Part shown: piece by piece, positions 1-16,070 of the stretch
Layout of the letters: every line of letters starts with the position of its first letter
How positions within the stretch are numbered: position 1 is the first letter of the stretch
Source of the DNA: Eledone cirrhosa
Taxonomy: Eukaryota
NCBI GenBank assembly: GCA_964016885.1
Contig: OZ024743.1
Location: forward strand, 175,398,001-175,462,000
Reading direction: 5' to 3'
Length of the DNA stretch: 64,000 bases
Translations under genes and position numbers: made by a program
The notes under the pieces: generated by a model
Told to the model about the DNA's origin: nothing
Database searches by the model: none
What the model saw: only the letters and a program-made list of their open reading frames with translations

Positions 1-3000
1 ACCACTCTCACTACCACTACTGACACCCCTACCTCTGTCACTACCACTACTGACACCACTACCTCTGTCACTACCACTACTGACACCACTACCTCTGTCA
101 CTACCACTACTGACACCACTACCTCTGTCACTACCACTACTGACACCCCTACCTCTGTTACTACCACTACTACCACCACTACCTCTGTCACTACCACTAC
201 TGACACCACTACCTCTGTCACTATCACTACTGACACCACTACCTCTGTCACTACCACTACTGACACCACTACCTCTGTCACTACCACTACTACCACCACT
301 ACCTCTGTCACGACCACTACTGACACCACTACCTCTGTCACTACCACTACTGACACCACTACCTCTGTCACTACCACTACTGACACCACTACCTCTGTTA
401 CTACCACTACTACCACCACTACCTCTGTCACTACCACTACTGACACCACTACCTCTGTCACTACCACTACTGACACCACTACCTCTGTCACTACCACTAC
501 TACCACCACTACCTCTGTCACTACCACTACTGACACCATTACCTCTGTCACTACCACTACTGAAACCACTACCTCTGTCACTACCACTACTGACACCACT
601 ACCTCTGTCACTACCACTACTGACACCCCTACCTCTGTCACTACCACTACTGACACCACTACCTCTGTCACTACCACTACTACCACCACTACCTCTGTCA
701 CTACCACCACTACCACCACTACCTCTGTCACTACCTCTACTGACACCCCTACCTCTGGCACTACCACTACTGACACCACTACCTCTGTCACTCCCAGTAC
801 TACCACAACTACCTCTGTCACTACCACTATTGACACCACTACCTCTCTCACTACCACTACTACCACCACTACCTCTGTCACTACCACTACTGACACCACT
901 ACCTCTGTCACTACCACTACTGACACCCCTACCTCTGGCACTACCACTACTGACACCACTACCTCTGTCACTACCACTACTGACACCCCTACCTCTGTTA
1001 CTACCACTACTGACACCACTACCTCTGTCACTACCACTACTGACACCACTACCTCTAACACTACCACTACTACCACCACTACCTCTGTCACTACCACTAC
1101 TGACACCACAACCTCTGTCACTACCACTACTACCACCACTACCTCTGTCACTACCACTACTGACACCACTACCTCTGTCACTACCACTACTGACACCACT
1201 ACCTCTGTCACTACCACTACTGACACCACTACCTCTGTCACTACCACTACTACCACCACTACCTCTGTCACTACCACTACTGACACCAATACCTCTGTCA
1301 CTACCACTACTGACACCCCTACCTCTAACACTACCACTACTACCACCACTACCTCTGTCACTACCACTACTGACACCACAACCTCTGTCACTACCACTAC
1401 TGACACCACTACCTCTGTCACTACCACTACTACCACCACTACCTCTGTCACTACCACTACAGACATCCCTACCTCTGTCACTACCACTACTGACACCCCT
1501 ACCTCTGTCACTACCACTACTGACACCACTACCTCTGTCACTACCACTACTACCACCACTACCTCTGTCACTACCACTACTGACACCAATACCTCTGTCA
1601 CTACCACTACTGACACCCCTACCTCTAACACTACCACTACCACCACCACTACCTCTGTCACTACCACTACTGCCACCACTACCTCTGTCACTACCACTAC
1701 TGACACCACTACCTCTGTCACTACCACTACTGACACCACTACCTCTGTCACTACCACTACTGACACCACTACCTCTGTCACTACGACTACTGACACCACT
1801 ACCTCTGTCACTACCACTACTACCACCACTACCTCTGTCACTACCACTACTGACACCACTACCTCTGTCACTACCACTACTGACACCCCTACCTCTGTCA
1901 CTACCACTACTACCACCACTACCTCTGTCACTACCACTACTGACACCACTACCTCTGTCACTACCACTACTACCACCACTACCTCTGGCACTACCACTAC
2001 TGACACCACTACCTCTGGTACTACCACTACTGACACCACTACCTCTGTCACTACCACTACTGACACCACTACCTCTGTCACTACCACTACTGACACCCCT
2101 ACCTCTGTCACTACCACTACTGACACCCCTACCTCTGTCACTACCACAACTGACACCACTACCTCTGTCACTACCACTACTGATACCACAACCTCTGTTA
2201 CTACCACTAATGACACCACTATCTCTGTCACTACCACTACTGACACCCCTACCTCTCTCACTACCACTACTGACACCACTACCTCTGTCACTACCACTAC
2301 TGACACCCCTACCTCTCTCACTACCACTACTGACACCACTACCTCTGTCACTACCACTACTACCACCACTACCTCTGTCACTACCACTATTGACAACACT
2401 GCCTCTGTCACTACCACTACTGACACCCCTACCTCTGCTACTACCACTATTGACACCACTACCTCTGTCTCTACCACTACTGCCACCACTACCTCTGTCA
2501 CTACCACTACTCACACCACTACCTCTGTCACTACCACTACTACCACCACTACCTCTGTCACTACCACTACTCACACCACTACCTCTGTCACTACCACTAC
2601 TGACACCCCTACCTCTGTCACTACCACTAATGACACCCCTACCTCTGTCACTACCACAACTGACACCACTACCTCTGTCACTACCACTACTGATACCACA
2701 ACCTCTGTTACTACCACTAATGACACCACTATCTCTTTCACTACCACTACTGACGCCCCTACCTCTCTCACTACCACTACTGACACCACTACCTCTGTCA
2801 CTACCACTACTGACACCCCTACCTCTAACACTACCACTACTACCACCACTACCTCTGTCACTACCACTACTGACACCACAACCTCTGTCACTACCACTAC
2901 TGACACCACTACCTCTTTCACTACCACTACTACCACCACTACCTCTGTCACTACCACTACTGACACCACTACCTCTGTCACTACCACTACTGACACCCCT

Positions 3001-6000
3001 ACCTCTGTCACTACCACTACTGACACCACTACCTCTGTCACTACCACTACTACCACCACTACCTCTGTCACTACCACCACTACCACCACTACCTCTGTCA
3101 CTACCACTACTGAGACCACTACCTCTGTCACTACCACTACTGACACCACTACCTCTGTCACTACCAGTACTACCACCACTACCTCTGTCAATACCACTAC
3201 TGACACCACTACCTCTGTCACTACCACTACTATCACCACTACCTCTGTCACTACCACTACTGACACCACTACCTCTGTCACTACCACTACTGACACCACT
3301 ACCTCTGTCACTACCACTACTACCACCACTACCTCTGTCACTACCACTACTGACACCACTACCTCTGTCACTACCACTACTATCACCACTACCTCTGTCA
3401 CTACCACTACTGACACCACTACCTCTGTCACTACCACTACTGACACCACTACCTCTGTCACTACCACTACTACCACCACTACCTCTGTCACTACCACTAC
3501 TGACACCACTACCTCTGTCACTACCACTACTGACACCACTACCTCTGGCACTACCACTACTGACACCACTACCTCTGTCACTAACACTACTACCACCACT
3601 ACCTCTGTCACTACCACTACTGACACCACTACCTCTATCACTACCACTACTGACACCCCTACCTCTGTCACTACCACTACTGACACCCCTACCTCTGTCA
3701 CTACCACTACTGACACCATTACCTCTGTCACAACCACTACTGACACCTCTACCTCTGTCACTACCATTACTGACACCATTACCTATGTCACTAAAACTAC
3801 TACCACCACTACCTCTGTCACAACCACTACTGACACCACTACCTCTGTAACTACCACTACTGACACCATTACCTCTGTCACTACCACTACTGACACCACT
3901 ACCTCTGTCACTACCACTACTGACACCATTACCTCTGTCACTACCACTACTCACACCACTACCTCTGTCACTACCACTACTACCACCACTACCTCTGTCA
4001 CTACCACTACTCACACCACTACCTCTGTCACTACCACTACTGACACCCCTACCTCTGTCACTACCACTAATGACACCCCTACCTCTGTCACTACCACAAC
4101 TGACACCACTACCTCTGTCACTACCACTACTGATACCACAAGCTCTGTTACTACCACTAATGACACCACTATCTCTGTCACTACCACTACTGACACCCCT
4201 ACCTCTCTCACTACCACTACTGACACCACTACCTCTGTCACTACCACTACTGACACCCCCACCTCTAACACTACCACTACTACCACCACTACCTCTGTCA
4301 CTACCACTACTGACACCACAACCTCTGTCACTACCACTACTGACACCACTACCTCTTTCACTACCACTACTACCACCACTACCTCTGTCACTACCACTAC
4401 TGACACCACTACCTCTGTCACTACCACTACTGACACCCCTACCTCTGTCACTACCACTACTGACACCACTACCTCTGTCACTACCACTACTACCACCACT
4501 ACCTCTGTCACTACCACCACTACCACCACTACCTCTGCCACTACCACTACTGAGACCACTACCTCTGTCACTACCACTACTGACACCACTACCTCTGTCA
4601 CTACCAGTACTACCACCACTACCTCTGTCAATACCACTACTGACACCACTACCTCTGTCACTACCACTACTATCACCACTACCTCTGTCACTACCACTAC
4701 TGACACCACTACCTCTGTCACTACCACTACTGACACCACTACCTCTGTCACTACCACTACTACCACCACTACCTCTGTCACTACCACTACTGACACCACT
4801 ACCTCTGTCACTACCACTACTGACACCACTACCTCTGGCACTACCACTACTGACACCACTACCTCTGTCACTAACACTACTACCACCACTACCTCTGTCA
4901 CTACCACTACTGACACCACTACCTCTATCACTACCACTACTGACACCCCTACCTCTGTCACTACCACTACTGACACCCCTACCTCTGTCACTACCACTAC
5001 TGACACCATTACCTCTGTCACAACCACTACTGACACCTCTACCTCTGTCACTACCATTACTGACACCATTACCTATGTCACTAAAACTACTACCACCACT
5101 ACCTCTGTCACAACCACTACTGACACCACTACCTCTGTCACTACCACTAATGACACCACTACCTCTGTCACTACCACTACTACCACCACTACCTCTGTCA
5201 CTACCACTACTGACACCACTACCTCTGTAACTACCACTACTATCAACACTACCTCTGTCACTACAACTAACCACCACCACTGCCTCTGTCACTACCACTA
5301 CTGCCACCACTACCTCTGTCACTACCACTACTGACACCACTACCTCTGTCACTACCACTACTGACACCACTACCTCTGTCACTACCACTACTGACACCAC
5401 TACCTCTGTCACTACGACTACTGACACCACTACCTCTGTCACTACCACTACTACCACCACTACCTCTGTCACTACCACTACTGACACCACTACCTCTGTC
5501 ACTACCACTACTGACACCCCTACCTCTGTCACTACCACTCCTACCACCACTACCTCTGTCACTACCACTACTGACACCACTACCTCTGTCACTACCACTA
5601 CTACCACCACTACCTCTGGCACTACCACTACTGACACCACTACCTCTGGTACTACCACTACTGACACCACTACCTCTGTCACTACCACTACTGACACCAC
5701 TACCTCTGTCACTACCACTACTGACACCCCTACCTCTGTCACTACCACAACTGACACCACTACCTCTGTCACTACCACTACTGATACCACAACCTCTGTT
5801 ACTACCACTAATGACACCACTATCTCTGTCACTACCACTACTGACACCCCTACCTCTCTCACTACCACTACTGACACCACTACCTCTGTCATTACCACTA
5901 CTGACACCCCTACCTCTCTCACTACCACTACTGACACCACTACCTCTGTCACTACCACTACTACCACCACTACGTCTGTCACTACCACTATTGACAACAC

Positions 6001-8371
6001 TGCCTCTGTCACTACCACTACTGACACCCCTACCTCTGCTACTACCACTACTGACACCACTACCTCTGTCTCTACCACTACTGCCACCACTACCTCTGTC
6101 ACTACCACTACTCACACCACTACCTCTGTCACTACCACTACTACCACCACTACCTCTGTCACTACCACTACTCACACCACTACCTCTGTCACTACCACTA
6201 CTGACACCCCTAACTCTGTCACTACCACTACTGACACCCCTACCTCTGTCACTACCACCACTACCTCTGTCACTACCACTACTCACACCACTACCTCTGT
6301 CACTACCACTACTACCACCACTACCTCTGTCACTACCACTACTGACACCACTACCTCTGTCACTACCACTACTACCACCACTACCTCTGTCACTACCACT
6401 ACTACCACCACTACCTCTGTCACTACCACTACTGACACCCCTACCTCTGTCACTAACACTACTGACACCCCTACCTCTGTCACTACCACTACTGACACCA
6501 CAACCTCTGTCACTACCACTACTGACACCACTACCTCTGTCACTACCAGTACTGACACCACTACCACTCTCCCTACCACTACTGACACCCCTACCTCTGT
6601 CACTACCACTACTGACACCACTACCTCTGTCACTACCACTACTGACACCACTACCTCTGTTACTACCACTACTGACACCACTACCTCTGTCACTACCACT
6701 ACTGACACCACTACCTCTGTCACTACCACTACTGACACCACTACATCTGTCACTACCACTACTGACACCACTACCTCTGTCACTACCACTACTGACACCA
6801 CTACCTCTGTCACTACCACTACTGACACCACTACCTCTGTTACTACCACTACTACCACCACTACCTCTGGCACTACCACTACTGACACCCCTACCTCTAA
6901 CACTACCACTACTACCACCACTACCTCTGTCACTACCACTACTACCACCACTACCTCTGTCACTACCCCCACTACCTCCACTACCTCTGTCACTACCACT
7001 ACTGACACCCCTACCTCTGTCACTATCACTACTACCACCACTACCTCTGTCACTACCACTACTGACACCACTACCTCTGTCACTACCACTACTGACACCA
7101 CTACCTCTGTCACTACCACTACTGACACCACTACCTCTATCACTACCACTACTACCACCACTACCTCTGGCACTACCACTACTGACACCCCTACCTCTGT
7201 CACTATCACTACTACTACCACTACCTCTGTCATTACCACTACTGACACCACTACCTCTTTCACTACCACTACTACCACCACTACCTCTGTCACTACCACT
7301 ACTGACACCACTACCTCTGTTACTACCACTACTGACACCCCTACCTCTGTCACTACCACTACTGACACCACTACCTCTGTCACTACCACTACTACCACCA
7401 CTACCTCTGTCACTACCCCCACTACCTCCACTACCTCTGTCACTACCACTACTGACACCCCTACCTCTGGCACTACCACTACTGACACCACTACCTCTAT
7501 CACTACCACCACTACCACCACTACCTCTGTCACTACCACTACTGACACCCATACCTCTGGCACTACCACTACTGACACCACTACCTCTGTCGATACCACT
7601 ACTGACACCCCTACCTCTGGCACTACCACTACTGACACCACTACCTCTGTCACTACCACTACTGACACCCCTACCTCTGTCACTACCACTACTACCACTA
7701 CTACCACCACTACCTTTGTCACTACCACTACTGACACCACAACCTCTGTCACTACCACTACTGACACCACTACTTCTGTCACTACCACTACTGACACCAC
7801 TACCTCTGTCACTACCACTACTACCACCACTACCTCTGTCACTACCACTACTGACACCCCTACCTCTGTCACTACCACTACTGACACCACTACCTCTGTA
7901 ACTACCACTACTATCAACACTACCTCTGTCACTACAACTACCACCACCACTACCTCTGTCACTTCCACTACTGACACCACTACCTCTGTCACTACCACTA
8001 CTGACACCACTACCTCTGTCACTACCACTACTGACACCACTACCTCTGTCACTACCACTACTGACACCACTACTTCTGTCACTACGACTACTGACACCAC
8101 TACCTCTGTCACTACCACTACTACCACCACTACCTCTGTCACTACCACTACTGACACCACTACCTCTGTCACTACAACTACTGACACCCCTACCTCTGTC
8201 ACTACCACTACTACCACCACTACCTCTGTCACTACCACTACTGACACCACTACCTCTGTCACTAGCACTACTACCACCACTACCTCTGGCACTACCACTA
8301 CTGACACCACTACCTCTGTCACTACCACTACTGACACCACTACCTCTGTCACTACCACTACTGACACCCCT

Positions 8372-11300
8372 ACCTCTGTCACTACCACAACTGACACCAC
8401 TACCTCCGTCACTACCACCACTGACACCACTACCTCTGTCACTACCACTACTGATACCACAACCTCTGTTACTACCACTAATGACACCACTATCTCTTTC
8501 ACTACCACTACTGACACCACTACCTCTGTCACTACCACTACTGACACCCCTACCTCTGTCACTACCACTACTGACACCACTACCTCTGTCACTACCACTA
8601 CTACCACCACTACCTCTGTCACTACCACTATTGACAACACTGCCTCTGTCACTACCACTACTGACACCCCTACCTCTGCTACTACCACTACTGACACCAC
8701 TACCTCTGTCTTTACCACTCCTGCCACCACTAATGCTGTCACTACCACTACTCACACCACTACCTCTGTCACTACCACTACTACCACCACTACCTCTGTC
8801 ACTACCACTACTCACACCACTACCTCTGTCACTACCACTACTGACACCCCTACCTCTGTCACTACCACTACTGACACCCCTACCTCTGTCACTACCACCA
8901 CTACCTCTGTCACTACCACTACTCACACCACTACCTCTGTCACTACCACTACTACCACCACTACCTCTGTCACTACCACTACTGACACCACTACCTCTGT
9001 CACTACCACTACTACCACCACTACCTCTGTCACTACCACTACTACCACCACTACCTCTGTCACTACCACTACTGACACCCCTACCTCTGTCACTAACACT
9101 ACTGACACCCCTACCTCTGTCACTACCACTACTGACACCACAACCTCTGTCACTACCACTACTGACACCCCTACCTCTGTCACTACCACTACTGACACCA
9201 CTACCTCTGTCACTACCACTACTGACACCACTACCTCTGTCACTACCACTACTGACACCCCTACCTCTGTCACTACCAGTACTGACACCACTACGACTCT
9301 CACTACCACTACTGACACCACTACCTCTGTCACTACCACTACTGACACCCCTACCTCTGTCACTACCACTACTGACACCACTACCTCTGTCACTACCACT
9401 ACTGACACCACTACCTCTGTTACTACCACTACTACCACCACTACCTCTGTCACTACCACTACTGACACCACTACCTCTGTCACTACCACTACTGACAACA
9501 CTACCTCTGTCACTACCACTACTACCACCATTACCTCTGTCACTACCAATACTGACAGCACTACCTCTGTCACTACCACTACTATCACCACTACCTCTGT
9601 CACTACCACTACTGACACCACTACCTCTGTCACTACCACTACTGACACCACTACCTCTGTCACTACCACTACTACCACCACTACCTCTGTCACTACCACT
9701 ACTGACACCATTACCTCTGTCACTACCACTACAGATACCACTACCTCTGTCACTACCACTACTGACACCACTACCTCTGTCACTACCACTACTGACACCC
9801 CTACCTCTGTCACTACCACTACTGACACCACTACCTCTGTCACTACCACTACTACCACCACTACCTCTGTCACTACCACCACTACCACCACTACCTCTGT
9901 CACTACCTCTACTGACACCCCTACCTCTGGCACTACCACTACTGACACCACTACCTCTGTCACTACCACTACTACCACCACTACCTCTGTCACTACCACT
10001 ACTGACACCACTACCTCTGTCACTACCACAACTGACACCACTACCTCTGTCACTACCACCACTGACACCACTACCTCTGTCACTACCACTACTGATACCA
10101 CAACCTCTGTTACTACCACTAATGACACCACTATCTCTTTCACTACCACTACTGACACCACTACCTCTGTCACTACCACTACTGACACCCCTACCTCTGT
10201 CACTACCACTACTGACACCACTACCTCTGTCACTACCACTACTACCACCACTACCTCTGTCACTACCACTATTGACAACACTGCCTCTGTCACTACCACT
10301 ACTGACACCCCTACCTCTGCTACTACCACTACTGACACCACTACCTCTGTCTTTACCACTCCTGCCACCACTAATGCTGTCACTACCACTACTCACACCA
10401 CTACCTCTGTCACTACCACTACTACCACCACTACCTCTGTCACTACCACTACTCACACCACTACCTCTGTCACTACCACTACTGACACCCCTACCTCTGT
10501 CACTACCACTACTGACACCCCTACCTCTGTCACTACCACCACTACCTCTGTCACTACCACTACTCACACCACTACCTCTGTCACTACCACTACTACCACC
10601 ACTACCTCTGTCACTACCACTACTGACACCACTACCTCTGTCACTACCACTACTACCACCACTACCTCTGTCACTACCACTACTACCACCACTACCTCTG
10701 TCACTACCACTACTGACACCCCTACCTCTGTCACTAACACTACTGACACCCCTACCTCTGTCACTACCACTACTGACACCACAACCTCTGTCACTACCAC
10801 TACTGACACCCCTACCTCTGTCACTACCACTACTGACACCACTACCTCTGTCACTACCACTACTGACACCACTACCTCTGTCACTACCACTACTGACACC
10901 CCTACCTCTGTCACTACCAGTACTGACACCACTACGACTCTCACTACCACTACTGACACCACTACCTCTGTCACTACCACTACTGACACCCCTACCTCTG
11001 TCACTACCACTACTGACACCACTACCTCTGTCACTACCACTACTGACACCACTACCTCTGTTACTACCACTACTACCACCACTACCTCTGTCACTACCAC
11101 TACTGACACCACTACCTCTGTCACTACCACTACTGACAACACTACCTCTGTCACTACCACTACTACCACCATTACCTCTGTCACTACCAATACTGACAGC
11201 ACTACCTCTGTCACTACCACTACTATCACCACTACCTCTGTCACTACCACTACTGACACCACTACCTCTGTCACTACCACTACTGACACCACTACCTCTG

Positions 11301-11611
11301 TCACTACCACTACTACCACCACTACCTCTGTCACTACCACTACTGACACCATTACCTCTGTCACTACCACTACAGATACCACTACCTCTGTCACTACCAC
11401 TACTGACACCACTACCTCTGTCACTACCACTACTGACACCCCTACCTCTGTCACTACCACTACTGACACCACTACCTCTGTCACTACCACTACTACCACC
11501 ACTACCTCTGTCACTACCACCACTACCACCACTACCTCTGTCACTACCTCTACTGACACCCCTACCTCTGGCACTACCACTACTGACACCACTACCTCTG
11601 TCACTACCACT
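8372..11611. repeat. 1,641-bp higher-order tandem duplication inside the 30-mer array
   Basis: The rare variant string GTCTTTACCACTCCTGCCACCACTAATGCTGTC occurs in the units starting at 8702 and 10343. The 21-nt units at 8882 and 10523 have the same 1,641 offset (54x30+21). Confidence 0.9.
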
Positions 11612-14600
11612 ACTGACACCACTACCTCTGTCACTCCCAGTACTACCACAACTACCTCTGTCACTACCACTACTGACACCACTACCTCTCTCACTACCAC
11701 TACTACCACCACTACCTCTGTCACTACCACTACTGACACCACTACCTCTGTCACTACCACTACTGACACCACTACCTCTGTCACTACCACTACTGACACC
11801 ACTACCTCTGTCACTACGACTACTGACACCACTACCTCTGTCACTACCACTACTACCACCACTACCTCTGTCACTACCACTACTGACACCACTACCTCTG
11901 TCACTACCACTACTGACACCACTACCTCTGTCACTACCACTACTACCACCACTACCTCTGTCACTACCACTATTGACACCACTACCTCTGTCACTACCAC
12001 TACTGACACCCCTACCTCTAACACTACCACTACTACCACCACTACCTCTGTCACTACCACTACTGACACCACAACCTCTGTCACTACCACTACTGACACC
12101 ACTACTTCTGTCACTACCAATACTGACACCACTACCTCTGTCACTACCACTACTACCACCTCTACCTCTGTCACTACCACTACAGACACCCCTACCTCTG
12201 TCACTACCACTACTGACACCCCTACCTCTGTCACTACCACTACTGACACCACTACCTCTGTAACTACCACTACTATCAACACTACCTCTGTCACTACAAC
12301 TACCACCACCACTACCTCTGTCACTACCACTACTGCCACCACTACCTCTGTCACTACCACTACTGACACCACTACCTCTGTCACTACCACTACTGACACC
12401 ACTACCTCTGTCACTACCACTACTGACACCACTACCTCTGTCACTACGACTACTAACACCACTACCTCTGTCACTACCACTACTACCACCACTACCTCTG
12501 TCACTACCACTACTGACACCACTACCGCTGTCACTACCACTACTGACACCCCTACCTCTGTCACTACCACTACTACCACCACTACCTCTGTCACTACCAC
12601 TACTGACACCACTACCTCTGTCACTACCACTACTGACACCACTACCGCTGTCACTACCACTACTGACACCCCTACCTCTGTCACTACCACTACTACCACC
12701 ACTACCTCTGTCACTACCACTACTGACACCACTACCTCTGTCACTACCACTACTACCATCACTACCTCTGGCACTACCACTACTGACACCACTACCTCTG
12801 GTACTACCACTACTGACACCACTACCTCTGTCACTACCACTACTGACACCACTACCTCTGTCACTACCACTACTGACACCCCTACCTCTGTCACTACCAC
12901 AACTGACACCACTACCTCTGTCACTACCACTACTGATACCACAACCTCTGTTACTACCACTAATGACACCACTATCTCTGTCACTACCACTACTGACACC
13001 CCTACCTCTCTCACTACCACTACTGACACCACTACCTCTGTCACTACCACTACTGACACCCCTACCTCTCTCACTACCACTACTGACACCACTACCTCTG
13101 TCACTACCACTACTACCACCACTACCTCTGTCACTACCACTATTGACAACACTGCCTCTGTCACTACCACTACTGACACCCCTACCTCTGCTACTACCAC
13201 TACTGACACCACTACCTCTGATCTACCACTACTGCCACCACTACCTCTGTCACTACCACTACTCACACCACTACCTCTGTCACTACCACTACTACGACCA
13301 CTACCTCTGTCACTACAACTACTCACACCACTACCTCTGTCACTACCACTACTGACACCCCTACCTCTGTCACTACCACTACTGACACCCCTACCTCTGT
13401 CACTACCACCACTACCTCTGTCACTACCACTACTCACACCACTACCTCTGTCACTACCACTACTACCACCACTACCTCTGTCACTACCACTACTGACACC
13501 CCTACCTCTGTCACTACCACTACTGACACCACAACCTCTGTCACTACCACTACTGACACCCCTACCTCTGTCACTACCACTACTGACACCACTACCTCTG
13601 TCACTACCACTACTGACACCACTACCTCTGTCACTACCACTACTGACACCCCTACCTCTGTCACTACCAGTACTGACACCACTACGACTCTCACTACCAC
13701 TACTGACACCACTACCTCTGTCACTACCACTACTGACACCCCTACCTCTGTCACTACCACTACTGACACCACTACCTCTGTCACTACCACTACTGACACC
13801 ACTACCTCTGTTACTACCACTACTACCACCACTACCTCTGTCACTACCACTACTGACACCACTACCTCTGTCACTACCACTACTGACAACACTACCTCTG
13901 TCACTACCACTACTACCACCACTACCTCTGTCACTACCAATACTGACAGCACTACCTCTGTCACTACCACTACTATCACCACTACCTCTGTCACTACCTC
14001 TACTGACACCACTACCTCTGTCACTACCACTACTGACACCACTACCTCTGTCACTACCACTACTACCACCACTACCTCTGTCACTACCACTACTGACACC
14101 ATTACCTCTGTCACTACCACTACAGATACCACTACCTCTGTCACTACCACTACTGACACCACTACCTCTGTCACTACCACTACTGACACCCCTACCTCTG
14201 TCACTACCACTACTGACACCACTACCTCTGTCACTACCACTACTACCACCACTACCTCTGTCACTACCACCACTACCACCACTACCTCTGTCACTACCTC
14301 TACTGACACCCCTACCTCTGGCACTACCACTACTGACACCACTACCTCTGTCACTACCACTACTGACACCACTACCTCTGTCACTCCCAGTACTACCACA
14401 ACTACCTCTGTCACTACCACTATTGACACCACTACCTCTCTCACTACCACTACTACCACCACTACCTCTGTCACTACCACTACTGACACCACTACCTCTG
14501 TCACTACCACTACTGACACCACTACCTCTGTCACTACCACTACTGACACCACTACCTCTGTCACTACGACTACTGACACCACTACCTCTGTCACTACCAC

Positions 14601-16070
14601 TACTACCACCACTACCTCTGTCACGACCACTACTGACACCACTACCTCTGTCACTACCACTACTGACACCACTACCTCTGTCACTACCACTACTACCACC
14701 ACTACCTCTGTCACTACCACTATTGACACCACTACCTCTGTCACTACCACTACTGACACCCCTACCTCTAACACTACCACTACTACCACCACTACCGCTG
14801 TCACTACCACTACTGACACCACAACCTCTGTCACTACCACTACTGACACCACTACTTCTGTCACTACCACTACTGACACCACTACCTCTGTCACTACCAC
14901 TACTACCACCTCTACCTCTGTCACTACCACTACAGACACCCCTACCTCTGTCACTACCACTACTGACACCCCTACCTCTGTCACTACCACTACTGACACC
15001 ACTACCTCTGTAACTACCACTACTATCAACACTACCTCTGTCACTACAACTACCACCACCACTACCTCTGTCACTACCACTACTGCCACCACTACCTCTG
15101 TCACTACCACTACTGACACCACTACCTCTGTCACTACCACTACTGACACCACTACCTCTGTCACTACCACTACTGACACCACTACCTCTGTCACTACGAC
15201 TACTAACACCACTACCTCTGTCACTACCACTACTACCACCACTACCTCTGTCACTACCACTACTGACACCACTACCTCTGTCACTACCACTACTGACACC
15301 CCTACCTCTGTCACTACCACTACTACCACCACTACCTCTGTCACTACCACTACTGACACCACTACCTCTGTCACTACCACTACTACCATCACTACCTCTG
15401 GCACTACCACTACTGACACCACTACCTCTGGTACTACCACTACTGACACCACTACCTCTGTCACTCCCACTACTGACACCACTACCTCTGTCACTACCAC
15501 TACTGACACCCCTACCTCTGTCACTACCACAACTGACACCACTACCTCTGTCACTACCACTACTGATACCACAACCTCTGTTACTACCACTAATGACACC
15601 ACTATCTCTGTCACTACCACTACTGACACCCCTACCTCTCTCACTACCACTACTGACACCACTACCTCTGTCACTACCACTACTGACACCCCTACCTCTC
15701 TCACTACCACTACTGAAACCACTACCTCTGTCACTACCACTACTACCACCACTACCTCTGTCACTACCACTATTGACAACACTGCCTCTGTCACTACCAC
15801 TACTGACACCCCTACCTCTGCTACTACCACTACTGACACCACTACCTCTGATCTACCACTACTGCCACCACTACCTCTGTCACTACCACTACTCACACCA
15901 CTACCTCTGTCACTACCACTACTACCACCACTACCTCTGTCACTACCACTACTCACACCACTACCTCTGTCACTACCACTACTGACACCCCTACCTCTGT
16001 CACTACCACTACTGACACCCCTACCTCTGTCACTACCACCACTACCTCTGTCACTACCACTACTCACACC
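10760..16070. repeat. ~2.6-2.75 kb higher-order duplication inside the 30-mer array
   Basis: The ACGACTCTC variant is at 10934 and 13684 (offset 2750). The 1-nt-deleted unit TCTGATCTACC is at ~13221 and ~15851, and the 21-nt unit at 13393 and 16023 (offset 2630). The 120-bp difference is an internal 4-unit duplication marked by ACCGCT at 12524 and 12644. Confidence 0.88.
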
